Positions 37,757 through 50,097 of a stretch of 64,000 nucleotides of DNA are shown here, one piece after another. A program made the position numbers and the translations under genes. Position 1 is the first letter of the stretch; each line of letters opens with the position of its first letter. Origin of the DNA: Malacoraja senta (taxonomy: Eukaryota); assembly GCA_038087875.1 (NCBI GenBank), contig CM075995.1:10976001-11040000 (forward strand), given 5' to 3'. A model generated the notes under the pieces. It made no database searches, had not been told where the DNA came from, and worked only from the letters and a program-made list of their open reading frames with translations.

Positions 37757-37885
37757 CTGAAGAAGGGTTTCGGCCCGAAACGTTGCCTATTTCCTTCGCT
37801 CCATAGATGCTGCTGCACCCGCTAAGTTTCTCCAGCTTTTTTGTGTACCTTCGATTTTCCAGCATCTGCAGTTCCTTCTTAAATA
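37757..37885 (+). repeat. Penelope-terminus-like repeat with hammerhead-like core
   Basis: CTGAAGA-a-GGGT(TTCG)GCCC-GAAACGTT, followed by the shared tail. Confidence 0.6.
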
Positions 37886-38084
37886 CCTTCCCATTTCAGC
37901 TTGCCAACAGCTGCACAAGGGTCTAGCCTTAACAGTCTGGAATATGTCTGCACTTTGAAAACACCCGATCGAACAACTACTCCCACGTGCGGCTGGACGA
38001 ACTACAGAATCAGTTGGATGCATGCACCGATTACGAAACACAATTATCCCCATCATGTTATCTCTGCGTCTGAATTTATTGCCT

Positions 38085-38583
38085 GGTCTCATAACATCGG
38101 GGCGATCGAGCTCCAGCATCGGGGGGGGGGGGGGGGGAGGTGATCTCAACTCCCCCGCGCCGGGGATCTACCCCAGGTCTGGGCTAGTCGTGCGTCGTGC
38201 GGCTTTTGAAGCTTCCCGACGACGGTCTCTCACCGAAACTGCGAGTTCCTCGATGGTAAATCTGCAGGCCGCGGTTGGAGCGTCAATCCCAGGCAAGGGA
38301 TCGGCTCCGATGGTAAGTCCACGGCCCCGTAGTGGGGTTCAAAGTCAGTCCCTAGCAAGGCCTCCAGCTCCATGTTGTTAGGTCGCAGAGCGACCGGAGA
38401 TACGGTCCGAAAAGCAATCGCATCTCCGGCAAGGTAAGAGATTAAAAATACGTTTCCCCCGACACCCCGCTCACCACCCACATAAAACAAAGCAAGGACA
38501 CTGAACACATAATTTTAAAACATACTAAAACTGACGAATAAAAAAAACGAAACGGACACAGACTGTAGACGAGGCTGCCATCG
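38085..38583 (-). repeat. GC-rich interspersed-repeat-like segment (unclassified)
   Basis: CpG-rich, with a poly-G run and the hairpin ccggagatacg...cgcatctccgg (~38393-38429). No credible ORF. Confidence 0.4.
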
Positions 38584-38870
38584 AAGCAACACCTGGTAGT
38601 TAATGAAATATTATTGTGATTGTGCGTTTGAACGTTAGTGCGGACTAGGTGGGCGGATTCCCTGATCCTGGATGCTGCGAGATATAATATTCTGTAGGTT
38701 TACAGGCGCCCTAGCATGAGAATAACTGTCCTTCCCCCACCTCAGGCTATGCAGCCTGTACTAATAGGCATCAGTAATAATTTTAATGTTGCTTATGTTT
38801 GAAATTGGTTTGGGGAGATGCGGTGAATAAAGTGGTTGATTGGTTGAAACAAAACATTCAGTTTGGTAAA

Positions 38871-38958
38871 CGACCGTGACAGACTCGAACCTGTAATCTT
38901 CTGATATCTTCGCATCAAGCGCCGAAGTCAGACGCCTTATCCATTAGGCCACACGGTC
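38871..38958 (-). tRNA. tRNA-Arg (TCG) with 16-nt intron (38906-38921); T arm lacks one C, possibly a pseudogene
   Basis: GACCGTGTGGCCTAATGGATAAGGCGTCTGACTTCGG[CGCTTGATGCGAAGAT]ATCAGAAGATTACAGGTTCGAGTCTGTCACGGTCG. Perfect acceptor and anticodon stems. Confidence 0.85.
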
Positions 38959-39599
38959 CCTTCCGGTTGAAAGATCGTGTTTAAAGATCCCAGGGAAAGC
39001 AATAGGAATAATTGTGCGGCCGGTGTCGCGCACAACACGAGAAGGAAAGGAGGTAACAACACAGATTGTGTAGGAAGGAACTGCAGATGCTGGTTTAAAC
39101 CGAAGATAGAAACAAAATGTTGCCTATCCCGCTTAGTTACTCCAGCATTTATGTCTAACAACACAGATTGTTGTGTTTCAACATGAGGTTTTAACACACA
39201 GATAATTACAGTGGTTGAAGTGGTGCGCCACGCAGAATGTGTCCGCGACGGCACTAGGAGAAATCGCAATTGAACTGATTTTTAGGACCCTAGGAATCTA
39301 CAATCGCCCTGTTTTTGCCTCACCGCTATAATGCGCCCATGCTCTCTGTGGTTGGATGTATGGAGTGAACTGTTTCAAGGTCAAGACGTCTTCTGAGTGG
39401 AATGGACTTCTTGAGGCAAATAAATGTTTTCTTCTCTGTTGGCCATTTGAATCACCAAAACTGTTTCGCTCGTGTAAGTCACAGTGTTATGATGACGATC
39501 CAAAACCATGTAAAAGGCAATATCCTGTGTGGTGGAATTATTTATACGCTGCCAAATTATTTGGGTATTGCCCCCATTGATAAGCTTTTTCTTGTTCTA

Positions 39600-39858
39600 T
39601 TATTGGCTGCAAAGCGAGATCAGGCAACGTTGATAGTAATAGCGTAGCCCTCCCCGGTGAACGTAATGCATTCCTTGCTCGATTTGAGCAGAAGTCCAAC
39701 GGGGCGATAGCATCTGTCCCATCAGACGGAGTGTGCCATTTTCCCCGAGTCACAGTTGAAAAAGTTAGATATGCCTTCCTGCGGGGTAAACTCACAGAAA
39801 GCAACTGATTCGCACGGAGTTCTTGGCCTCCACCGTAGGAATTGCTAAGACCAACTAG
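39600..39858 (+). mobile_element. Old Rex1/Babar internal fragment
   Basis: Hand translation ALPGERNAFLARFEQK..VTVEKVRYAFL..NSQKATDSHGV resembles the Rex1 pre-RT region. Confidence 0.55.
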
Positions 39859-40531
39859 AGCAGTGGTTCTTAACCTGGGGGTCGTTTGGGGTTTTTTCCG
39901 GGGGTCATGAAGGAGTCATAAATAACATATCAATTTTTGAGCCCATTTTTAGGAACCTTAACAAAGGTACATACCACACACAGAACTTTGTTCGCGTCTG
40001 CGCGTACGTATACGCACAAGAACTGCGCGTATAGTGAAGCATTTCTCAAGTTCGGCTTCATATGCATTGTTCAAAAATCCGTGATCAAGCCGCAATGTGG
40101 TATCTGTGCCAAGGATTTGAGCCACGACAGCATGAAGCCCAGCAAACTGAAGATCCATTTGGAGTCTTGTCACAGCGGACCTGGCGGGGAAGGGCGTGGA
40201 CTATTTCAAACAAAAAGAAGCCGCACTCAAGGGTCCCGCATCGATTCGACGGGTCACTGCGCTTGTCAAAATGAAGCATCGCTGGAGGCTTCATACCGGA
40301 TTGCTTATGGAATCGCACAGACAAAGATACCTGACACCATCGGTGAAGAGCTTATCAAGCCATGCCTTCTCGAAGCAGCGAAGTTGGTGCTGGGCGAACA
40401 GCAGTCAAACAAGTTCAGGCACATTTCTCTTTCGAATGACACAGTCAAAAGTCGAATCTCGGATATGAGTAATGATATTCTGCTGCAAGCAGTGAGCGCT
40501 GTGAAGAGCAGACCAGTGTATTCACTGCAAC

Positions 40532-43500
40532 ATAGATACATAGATACATAGAAAATAGGTGCAGGAGTAGGCCATTCGGCCCTTCGAGCCTGCACCGCCA
40601 TTCAATATGATCATGGCTGATCATCCAACTCAGTATCCCGTACCTGCCTTTTCTCCATACCTCCTGATCCCTTTAGCCACAAGGGCCACATCTAACTCCC
40701 TCTTAAATATAGCCAATGAACTGGCCTCAACTACCCTCTGTGGCAGAGAGTTCCAGAGATTCACCACTCTCTGTGTGAAAACGTTTTTCCTCATCAGGAT
40801 TTCCCCCTTATCCTTAAGCTGTGACCCCTTGTCCTGGACTTCCCCAACATCGGGAACAATCTACCTGCATCTAGCCTGTCCAACCCCATAAGAATTTTGT
40901 ACGTTTCTATAAGATCCCCTCTCAACCTCCTAAATTCTAGCGAGTATAAGCCAAGTCTATCCAGTCTTTCTTCATATGAAAGTCCTGACATCCCAGGAAT
41001 CAGTCTGGTGAACCTTCTCTGCACTCCCTCTATGGCTATAATGTCCTTCCTCGGATTTGGAGACCAAAACTGTACGCAATACTCCAGGTGTGGTCTCACC
41101 AAGACCCTGTACAACTGCAGTAGAACCTCCCTGCTCCTATACTCAAATCCCCTTGCTATGAAGGCCAACATACCATTCGCTTTCTTCACTGCCTGCTGCA
41201 CCTGCATTCCTACTTTCAATGACTGGTGTACCATGACACCCAGGTCTCGCAGCATCTCCCCATTTCCTAATCGGCCACCATTAAGATAATAGTCTGCCTT
41301 GCCGTTTTTGCCACCAAAGTGGATAACCTCACATTTATCCACATTATAATGCATCTGCCAAACATTTGCCCACTCACCCAGCCTATCCAAGTCACCTTGC
41401 AGTCTCCTAGCATCCTCCTCACAGCTAACACTGCCCCCCAGCTTAGTGTCATCCGCAAACTTGGAGATGTTGCTTTCAATTCCCTTGTCCAGATCATTAA
41501 TATAAATTGTAAATAGCTGGGGTCCCAGCACTGAGCCTTGCGGTACCCCACTAGTCACTGCCTGCCATTGTGAAAAGGACCCGTTTACTCCTACTCTTTG
41601 CTTCCTGATTGCCAGCCAGTTCTCTATCCACATCAATACTGAACCCCCAATACCGTGTGGTTTAAGTTTGTATCCTAATCTCTTATGTGGTACCTTGTCG
41701 AAAGCCTTCTGAAAGTCCAGATACAACACATCCACTGGTTCTCCCCTATCCACTCTACTAGTTACATCCTGGAAAAATTCTATAAGATTCGTCAGACACG
41801 ATTTACCTTTCGTAAATCCATGCTGACTTTGTCCAATGATTTCACCACTTTCCAAATGTGCTGCTATCCCATCTTTAATAACTGACTCTAGCAGTTTCCC
41901 CACTACCGATGTTAGACTAACTGGTCTGTAATTCCCCGTTTTCTCTCCCCCTCCCTTCTTAAAAAGTGGGGTTACGTTTGCTACCCTCCAATCCTCAGGG
42001 ACTACTCCAGAATCTAAAGAGTTTTGAAAAATTATCACTAATGCATCCACTATTTCTGGAGCTACTTCCTTAAGTACTCTGGGATGCAGCCTATCTGGCC
42101 CTGGTGATTTATCGGCCTTTAATCCATTCAATTTACCCAACACCACTTCCCGACTAACCTGGATTTCACTCAGTTCCTCCATCTCCTTTGACCCGCGCCC
42201 CCCTGCTATTTCCGGCAGATTATATATGTCTTCCTTAGTGAAGACGGAACCAAAGTAGTTATTCGATTGGTCCGCCATATCCTTGTTCCCCATGATCAAT
42301 TCACCTGTTTCTGACTGCAAGGGACCTACATTTGTTTTAACTAATCTCTTTCTCTTCACATATCTATAAAAACTTTTGCAGTCAGTATTTATGTTCCCTG
42401 CCAGTTTCCTTTCATAATCTATTTTCCCTTTCCTAATTAAGCCCTTTGTCCTCCTCTTCTGGTCTCTGAATTTCTCCCAGTCCTCTGGTTTGCTGCTTTT
42501 TCTGGCTAATTTGTACGCATCATCTTTTGCTTGATACTATCCCTGATTTCCCTTGTTATCCACGGATGCACTACCTTCCCTGATTTATTCTTTTGCCAAA
42601 CTGGGATGAACATTTTTTGTAGTTCATCCATGCAGTCTTTAAGTGCCTTCCATTGCATATCCATCGTCAACCCTTTTAGAACTAATTGCCAGTCAATCTT
42701 GGCCAATTCACGTCTCATACCCTCAAAGTTACCTTTCTTTAAGTTCAGAACCGTTGTTTCTGAATTAACAATGTCACTCTCCATCCTAATGAAGAACTCA
42801 ACCATATTATGGTCACTCTTGCCCAAGGGGGCACGCACAACAAGTCTGCTAACTAACCCTTCCTCATTAATCAATACCCAGTCTAGAATAGCCTGCTCTC
42901 TCGTTGGTTCCTCTACATGTTGGTTTAGATAACTATCCCTCATACATTCCAAGAAATCCTCTTCCTCAGCACCCCTGCCAATTTGATTCACCCAATCTAT
43001 ATGTAGATTGAAGTCACCCATTATAACTGTTTTGCCTTTGTTGCACGCATTTCTAATTTCGTGTTTGATGCCATCCCCAACTTCACTACTACTGCTAGGT
43101 GGCCTGTACACAACACCCACCAGCGTTTTCTGCCCCATAGTGTTTCGCAGCTCTACCCATACCGATTCCACATCCTCCAAGATAATGTCCTTCCTTTCCA
43201 CTGCGTTAATCTCTCTAACCAGCAACGCTACCCCACCTCCTTTTCCTTTCTCTCTATCCCTCCTGAATATTGAATATCCCTGGATGTTCAGCTCCCAACC
43301 TTGGTCACCCTGGAGCCATGTCTCCGTGATCCCAACTATATCATAATCATTAATTGCTATCTGCACGTTCAACTCATCCACCTTATTACAAATGTTCCTT
43401 GCATTGAGACATAAAGCCTTCAGGCTTGTTTTTACCCCTTATACAATTATGTTGAAAAGTGGCTCTTTTTGATTTTTGCCGTGGATTTGTCTGCCTGCCA

Positions 43501-45020
43501 CTTTTACTTTTCACCTTGCTACCTATTGCTTCCGCCCGCATTTTACACCCCTCTGTTTCTCTGCTCACCTATTTAAGAACCCCACCACCTCTTATTCTCT
43601 GTTTATTATTGTTTTCTTCTTCCCCCCCTACATGTTGGGTCTGAGTGCTTTCCTTCTCTGCCTCCTGCCTCACACACTGTCTAATAGCATTCTCTATTTG
43701 AGTCCCTCCCCCCAACCATTCTAGTTTAAAGTCTCCCCAGTAGCTTTTGCAGATCTCCCCGCCAGGATATCGGTCCCCCTCAGGTTCAAGTGCAACCCAT
43801 CCTTTTTGTACAGGTCGAACATTCCACAAAAGAGGTCCCAATGATCCAGACATTTGAATCCCTGCCTTCTGCACCAGTCCTTCAGCCACGCATTTATCCT
43901 CCACCTCGCTCCATTCCTACTCTCACTGTCGCGTGGCGCAGGCATTAATCCTGAGATTCTTACCTTTGCTGTCCTTCTCTTTAACTCCCCTCCTAACTCC
44001 CTAAATTCTCCTTTCAGGACCTCTTCTCTTTTTTTACCTATGTCATTGGTACCTATATGTATCACGACCTCGGGCTCCTCTCCCTGCCCTTTCAGGATAT
44101 CTTGGACACGTTGAGACACATCACAGACCCTGGCACCAGGGAGGCAAACTACCATCCGGGTCTCCCGACTGCGTCCACAGAATCGCCTGTCTGACCCCCT
44201 AACTGTAGAGTCCCCTATTAGTATTGCCCTCTTCTTCTTTTCCTTACCCTTCTGAGCAACAGGACCGGTCTCTATACCGGAGGCCCGGCCGCTGTCGCTA
44301 CCCCCAGGTAGGCTGTCCACCCCAACAGTGCTCAAACAGGAGTACTTATTGTCAAGGTGTACAGCCACCGGGGTACTCTCTAGTCCCTGCCTGTGCCCCT
44401 TGCCTCTCCCAACCGTGATCCACTTGCCTGCCTCCTGTGGTGTTGGAGTGACCACATCCCTGTAACTCCTCTCAATGACTTCCTCGCTCTCCCTGACCAG
44501 ACGGAGGTCATCGAGCTGCTGCTCCAGGTTCCAAATACGGTCCATTAGGAGCCCCATCTCGATACACCTGGCGCAGATGTGGACGTCTGGAGGGCTATCA
44601 GACTCCATGACTTCCCACATCTGACATCCAGAACAGTAAACTGCCCTGGCCCTCATACTCCCCTTACCCTGGATAGAATACAAAACAAACTGCTAGAATA
44701 CAAAACAAACTGCTAGAATACAAAACAAACTGCTAGAATACAGTACAATCAGCAGGGATCTGACTCCCAATCAGCTGCTCCCTCTTGTCTGCTTCCACCA
44801 ATCAGCGGCTTCCTCAAACCCACTTGTTTTTGAAGTGGAACTTGGAACGTTACAGATTTGGGTTCCTTTTTATCTCCTACCGCTCGGGTGTAGCTCCTCC
44901 CTCTGCGACCTCTCCAACGGCTCTCGGGCGTCTGTAAGGAACAAGCCCCGCGCTCCTTTTTAACTCCTACCGCTCGGGTGTAGCTGCTCCCTCTGCGACG
45001 TCTCCAACGGCTCTCGGGCC
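40532..45020 (-). mobile_element. Full-length CR1 LINE
   Basis: 5' UTR with repeats, ORF1 43721-44683, ORF2 APE 42506-43430 and RT 40794-42359 (frameshifted), (tatgtatc)n tail. Splits the hAT SLQ|LDE motif. Confidence 0.95.
43721..44683 (-). CDS. CR1 ORF1 (Zn finger/leucine zipper plus SGNH esterase), open
   Basis: CSGC..CARC, IGDSTVRG, CLPGA, HIGTND, DGLHLN. Confidence 0.85.
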   Translation of the reverse strand: MYSIQGKGSMRARAVYCSGCQMWEVMESDSPPDVHICARCIEMGLLMDRIWNLEQQLDDLRLVRESEEVIERSYRDVVTPTPQEAGKWITVGRGKGHRQGLESTPVAVHLDNKYSCLSTVGVDSLPGGSDSGRASGIETGPVAQKGKEKKKRAILIGDSTVRGSDRRFCGRSRETRMVVCLPGARVCDVSQRVQDILKGQGEEPEVVIHIGTNDIGKKREEVLKGEFRELGGELKRRTAKVRISGLMPAPRDSESRNGARWRINAWLKDWCRRQGFKCLDHWDLFCGMFDLYKKDGLHLNLRGTDILAGRSAKATGETLN

Positions 45021-45152
45021 TCTGGATGAGTAGACTAGCAGTTGCCTTGTTCCCAACTGCTAGTCTACGTTCGTTACCTCAAAGGAGAAGCCATGAAGGA
45101 GGAGTACCTGTTCTCGGAGCCATTGGCCGCTGCCACTTGGGGAGAAGATGTT

Positions 45153-45342
45153 ATCCTTTAAAAATAGATTGGATGGGTATATGGACGGGAAAGGAATGGA
45201 GGGTTATGGTCTGAGTGCAGGTAGATGGGACTAGGGGGAAGTATTTATTTTTAATTTAAAAAAAAAAATTAAAAAAATGTTCGGTACGGACTTGAAGGGC
45301 CGAGATGGCCTGTTTCCGTGCTGTTATGGTTATATGGTTATA
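45153..45342 (+). mobile_element. CR1 extreme 3' tail inserted in hAT (duplicated at 47890-48073)
   Basis: Near-identical to 58726-58918, including the A-rich UTR patch. Confidence 0.85.
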
Positions 45343-45439
45343 TAAGATTTGTTCAAAATGCTGGAAGCCTTCCTGATCAAACATGAGCTTGGCTGGGAAC
45401 GACTTGGCGGGGGTGTGTACAGATGGGGCACCTCCCATG

Positions 45440-47889
45440 TTATAATCATATTATAATCTAAGAAGATTATTTAATATTATTTAATATTATTTATTCTAAG
45501 AGAATTATTAATGAAGATCTAGCAATAATCTCACTCGATGCTGAAAAAGCATTTGATCAGGTTGAATGGTCTTATTTATTTTCAGTGATGGAAAATATGC
45601 AACTAGGGGAGAAATACTGTACATGGATAAAACTGTTATATACAAATCCTACGGCTAGAATATTAACAAATCAAAGGTTGTCATCAAAATTCAGCCTAAC
45701 TAGAGGTTGTAGACAAGGATGCCCGTTATCTCCATTATTATTTGCGCTAGCTATTGAGCCACTTGCAGAAAGAGTTAGGGTCATCCGGAAATATATGGGT
45801 ATATCACAAAGGACACAGTGAGTAAAATTTCTCTATACGCAGATGATGTACTAATTTACATTACAAAACCAGAAATTAGTATTCCAAACTTATTAGAGCT
45901 AATAACCCAATTTGGTTCACTCTCAGGATACAGAATAAATTGGAATAAAAGTGAAATTATGCCAATAAGGGAGCATAACAAACACATAATACAACAATTT
46001 CCATTTAAAATAGTAAACGAAAAATTTAAATACCTAGGTATCTATGTAACTAAGATATATACATCATTATTTAAAGCAAATTTCCCCCCATTACTGAATA
46101 AACTACATAAGTATATTCAATACTGGAAAACACTTCCTATCTCAATGATTGGCAAAATTAATGCCATAAAAATGATTTTTTTACCGCAAATATTATACCT
46201 TTTTCAGACAATTCCGATATATTTGTCAAAAAACTTTAAATAAAAATTGGACTCTATTGTTAATGATTTTATCTGGGATTATAAGAATCATAGGATAAAC
46301 AAAATACATTTGTGTAAATCAAAAATAAATGGAGGTTTGGTTTTACCCAACTTTCTGTTTTATTTTTGGGCAGTTAATATTAAAAATATGAATTTCTGGT
46401 TGGAAGAAATAGAACAACAACCAGATTGGTTAAAAATGGAAAAGGAAGATTGTTTGCCTTTTGATATCGGTTCGATATTATTTGCTACATCTAAATTAAA
46501 CAAAAAAAATTATAGGGAAAACCCTATAATATTTAGTGCCATACGAATTTGGAAACAATTAAAAAAGACATTAAAATTAGATAATTTATCACTTTTTCTC
46601 CCAATTGTGAATAACCCTTTGTTTAAACCCTCATGGTTGGACAGGGGTTTTACACAATGGAAGAATTATGGAATTAAAAATATGGGACAACTTTATAAGG
46701 AAGGCACTTTTCTGACATTTCAGGAGTTGCAACAGACTTATGGACTTCGAGGAAATGATTATTTCAGATATCTTCAACTCAGAGATTATGTAAAATCGAA
46801 TACTCAAAACTTTCGAATTGAAATTCAGAAATTCTTGACGAATGTTGGAATAAACATCCTAATACAGAAAAATTAATATCTTATGTATATAATACTTATT
46901 AGACAGTGACATTCCATCGACGGACTTACACAGACAAACATGGGAAAAATAATTAAATCAAATAATAACGAAAGATACTTGGGAAGAAAGTTTACAACAT
47001 ATACATCAATGTTCATTAAATGCCACACATTCTTTAATACAATTTAAAGTAATACATAGATTACATTATTCAAAACCAAAATTACATAAAATCTTTCAAC
47101 ATATCTCACCTATATGTGATTAATGTCAACATTTAGAAGCTACCTTATCTCATATGTTTGCAAACTACAAAAATTAAAAAATTCTGGGTAAATATTTTTA
47201 GTATAACATCTAAAGTGACCAGCACACAAGTGGACCCGGATCCAAAATTTATAATACTCGGAACATCAGAATTAAATCAAACATTTACAACAACACAAAG
47301 AAACTTTATTGATTATAGTATAATAACAGGAAAAAAAATAATTCTAAAATTTTGGAAAGGCCCTACGGCCCCCACAATCAAAATGTGGATTATAGAAATG
47401 ACGGAGACCTTAAACGTGGAAATAATCAGATTTTCCCTGTTGGACAAACAGGAATTATTCGTTGGAACATGGTCTCCCTTTATTGATTATTTAAAGGGTC
47501 AGAATGGTTCAGCACGGGAACCTGACTAATGCTCGGGCTAAAAAATGGATGAAATACTATATTCTGAAATGTACGAATATATCTCGAATGAAGTTTTTTA
47601 TTTTAATAAATGCTTCCACTCTTCTTTAACTATCTTTCTCTTTTTTTTTGTTTTTTTTTTGTTTTTTGTTTTTTGTTTTTTTTCCTCTTTTTCTTCTCTC
47701 TCTTTTCTTTCTTTACTTCATCTATCTTTTTAGTTCTATCTAGTTTAAAATTAAAAAAAAAGGCAAAAGGTATTGGAGACAATGTAATAATAATTGATAA
47801 TATTATCAATTTAAAAATGTAAGACTGTAATGATGTTAATAGGTTATGTACTTATCTCCAATAAAAAATATTTTCAAAAATAAATAAAT
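45440..47889 (+). mobile_element. L1 LINE, 5'-truncated (RT to 3' end)
   Basis: SLDAEKAFD, RQGCPLSP, LYADD, INAIKMIFLPQ. A-rich tail. Flanked by a 280-bp direct repeat. Confidence 0.92.
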
Positions 47890-48435
47890 AAAAATAGATT
47901 GGATGGGTATATGGACGGGAAAGGAATGGAGGGTTATGGTCTGAGTGCAGGTAGATGGGACCAGGGGGAAGTATTTATTTTTAATTAAAAAAAAAAAAAT
48001 TAAAAAATGTTCGGCACGGACTTGAAGGGCCGAGATGGCCTGTTTCCGTGCTGTTATGGTTATATGGTTATATAAGATTTGTTCAGAATGCTGGAAGCCT
48101 TCCTGATCAAACATGAGCTTGGCTGGGAACGACTTGGCGGGGGTGTGTACAGATGGGGCACCTCCCATGGTCGGATGCAGATCTGGCTTCAAAGCCTTCG
48201 TGAAAATGTCACTGCCCATGTCTCCTTCACCCACTGCATGATACATCGCCAGGCTTTAGCGATGAAGACTCTCCCTCTTGGTCTTCGAGAAGTGCTTTCA
48301 GATGTGGTGAAGATTACGAACCACATTCGAGGGAGCTCAACAAACTCAAGAATCTTCAAAGCGACGTGTGAAGAAATGGGAGCCGATTGCACAGTTTTGA
48401 TATTCCACACAGAGGTGCGCTGGATTTCGCGTGCT

Positions 48436-49010
48436 AGACAATAGAAAATAGACGATAGGTGCAGGAGTAGGCCATTCGGCCCTTCGATCCAGCACCGCCA
48501 TTCAATGTGATCATGGCTGATCATCCCCAATCAGTACCCCGTTCCTGCCCCTTCCCCATATCCCCTGACTCCGCTATCTTTAAGAGCCTTATCCAGCTCT
48601 CTCTTGAAAGCATCCAAATAACCTGCCTCCACCGCCCTCTGAGGCAGAGAATACCACACACTCACAACTCTCTGTGAGAAAAACAGTTTCCTCGTCTCCG
48701 TTCTAAATGGCTTACCCCTTTTTCTTAAACTGTGGCCCCTGGTTCTGGACTCCCCCAACATCGGGAACATGTTTCCTGCCTCCACCGTGTCCAAACCCTT
48801 AACAATCTTATATGTTTCAATAAGAATCCCTCTCATCCTTCTAAACTCCAAAGTGTACAAGCCCAGCTGCTTCATTCTCTCAGCATATGACAGTCCCGCC
48901 ATCCCGGGAATTAAACTTGTAAACATACGCTGTACTCCCTCAATAGCAAGAATGTCCTTCCTCAAATTAGGGGACCCAAACTGCACACAATACTCCAGGT
49001 GTGGTCTCAC
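48436..49010 (-). mobile_element. CR1 3' fragment
   Basis: ORF 48531-49028 plus 3' UTR. Confidence 0.88.
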
Positions 49011-50097
49011 TATATAACCATATAACAATTACAGCACGGAAACAGGCCATCTCGGCCCTTCTAGCCCGTGCCGAACACTTACTCTCACCTAGTCCCATCT
49101 AACTAGACTCAGACCATGACCCTCCATTCCTTTCCCGTCCATATACTTATCCAATTTATTTTTAAATGATAAAATCGAACCTGCCTCCACCACTTCTGCT
49201 GGAAGCTCATTCCACACAGCTACCACTCTCTGAGTAAAGAAGTTCCCCCTCATATTACCCCTAAACTTCTGTCCCTTAATTCTCAAATCATGTCCTCTTG
49301 TTTGCATCTTCCCTACTCTGAATGGAAAAAGCTTATCCACGTCAACTCTGTCTATCCCTCTCATAATTTTAAAGACCTCTATCAAGTCCCCTCTTAACCT
49401 TCTGCGCTCCAAGGAATAAAGATCTAATATGTTCAACATTTCTCTGTAACGTAGGTGCTGAAACCCAGGCAACATTCTAGCAAATCTCCTCTGTACTTTC
49501 TCTATTTGGAGTCTTGTCACAGCGACCATCTTTCGGCCCACTATTCCAAATGGTCTGAATCTCTTTGTAGACTTTGAAAATCTACTTCATTATCCACAAC
49601 ACCACCTATCTTAGTATCATCTGCATACTTACTAATCCAATTAACCATACCATCATCCAGATCATTGATGTATATGACAAACAACAGTGGACCCAACACA
49701 GATCCCTGAGGCACCCCACTAGTCACCGGCCTCCAACCTGACAAACAGCCATCCGCCATTACTCTCTGGTATCTCCCATTCAGCCACTGTTGAATCCATC
49801 TTGCTACTCCACCATTAATACCTAACAATTGAACCTTCTTAACCAACCTTCCATGTGGAACCTTGTCAAAGGCCTTACTGAAGTCCATATAGACAACATC
49901 CACCGCTTTACCTTCATCAATTTCCCTAGTAACCTCTTCAAAAAATTCAAGAAGATTAGTCAAGCATGACCTTCCAGCACAAATCCATGTTGACTGTTCC
50001 TAATCAGACCCTGTTTATCCAGATTATTATATATATTATCTCTAAGTATCCTTTCCATTAATGTGCCCACCACTGACGTCAAACTAACAGGTCTATA
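49011..50097 (-). mobile_element. CR1 fragment ((tatatggt)n-tail subfamily, internally deleted)
   Basis: ORFs 49089-49541 and 49541-49963 (YMDFSKAFD, KYADD). Confidence 0.88.

Larger units (their letters stand above)
39861..48436 (+). mobile_element. hAT (Buster/Charlie-type) transposon fossil, split by CR1 and L1 insertions; 3' part missing
   Basis: TIR cagtggttcttaacctgg preceded by aacTAgag (nnnTAnnn). BED finger KPQCGIC..MKPSKLKIHLESCH, SLQ|LDE (40530/45022), QLLVYVRY, CTDGA, THCMIHRQAL, HTEVRW. Confidence 0.88.

Noticed and set aside
38393..38442. U1 snRNA-like 5' end on the minus strand (cttaccttgccggagat) with hairpin
   Set aside because: The similarity is short, with no U1-70K loop, Sm site or remaining U1 structure.
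43721..44683. Captured host GDSL/SGNH esterase
   Set aside because: The esterase domain is a known normal part of CR1 ORF1.
39937..48444. ZBED5/ZBED8/SCAND3-like host gene
   Set aside because: It has a TIR, frameshifts and three TE insertions, so it is a transposon fossil rather than a domesticated gene.
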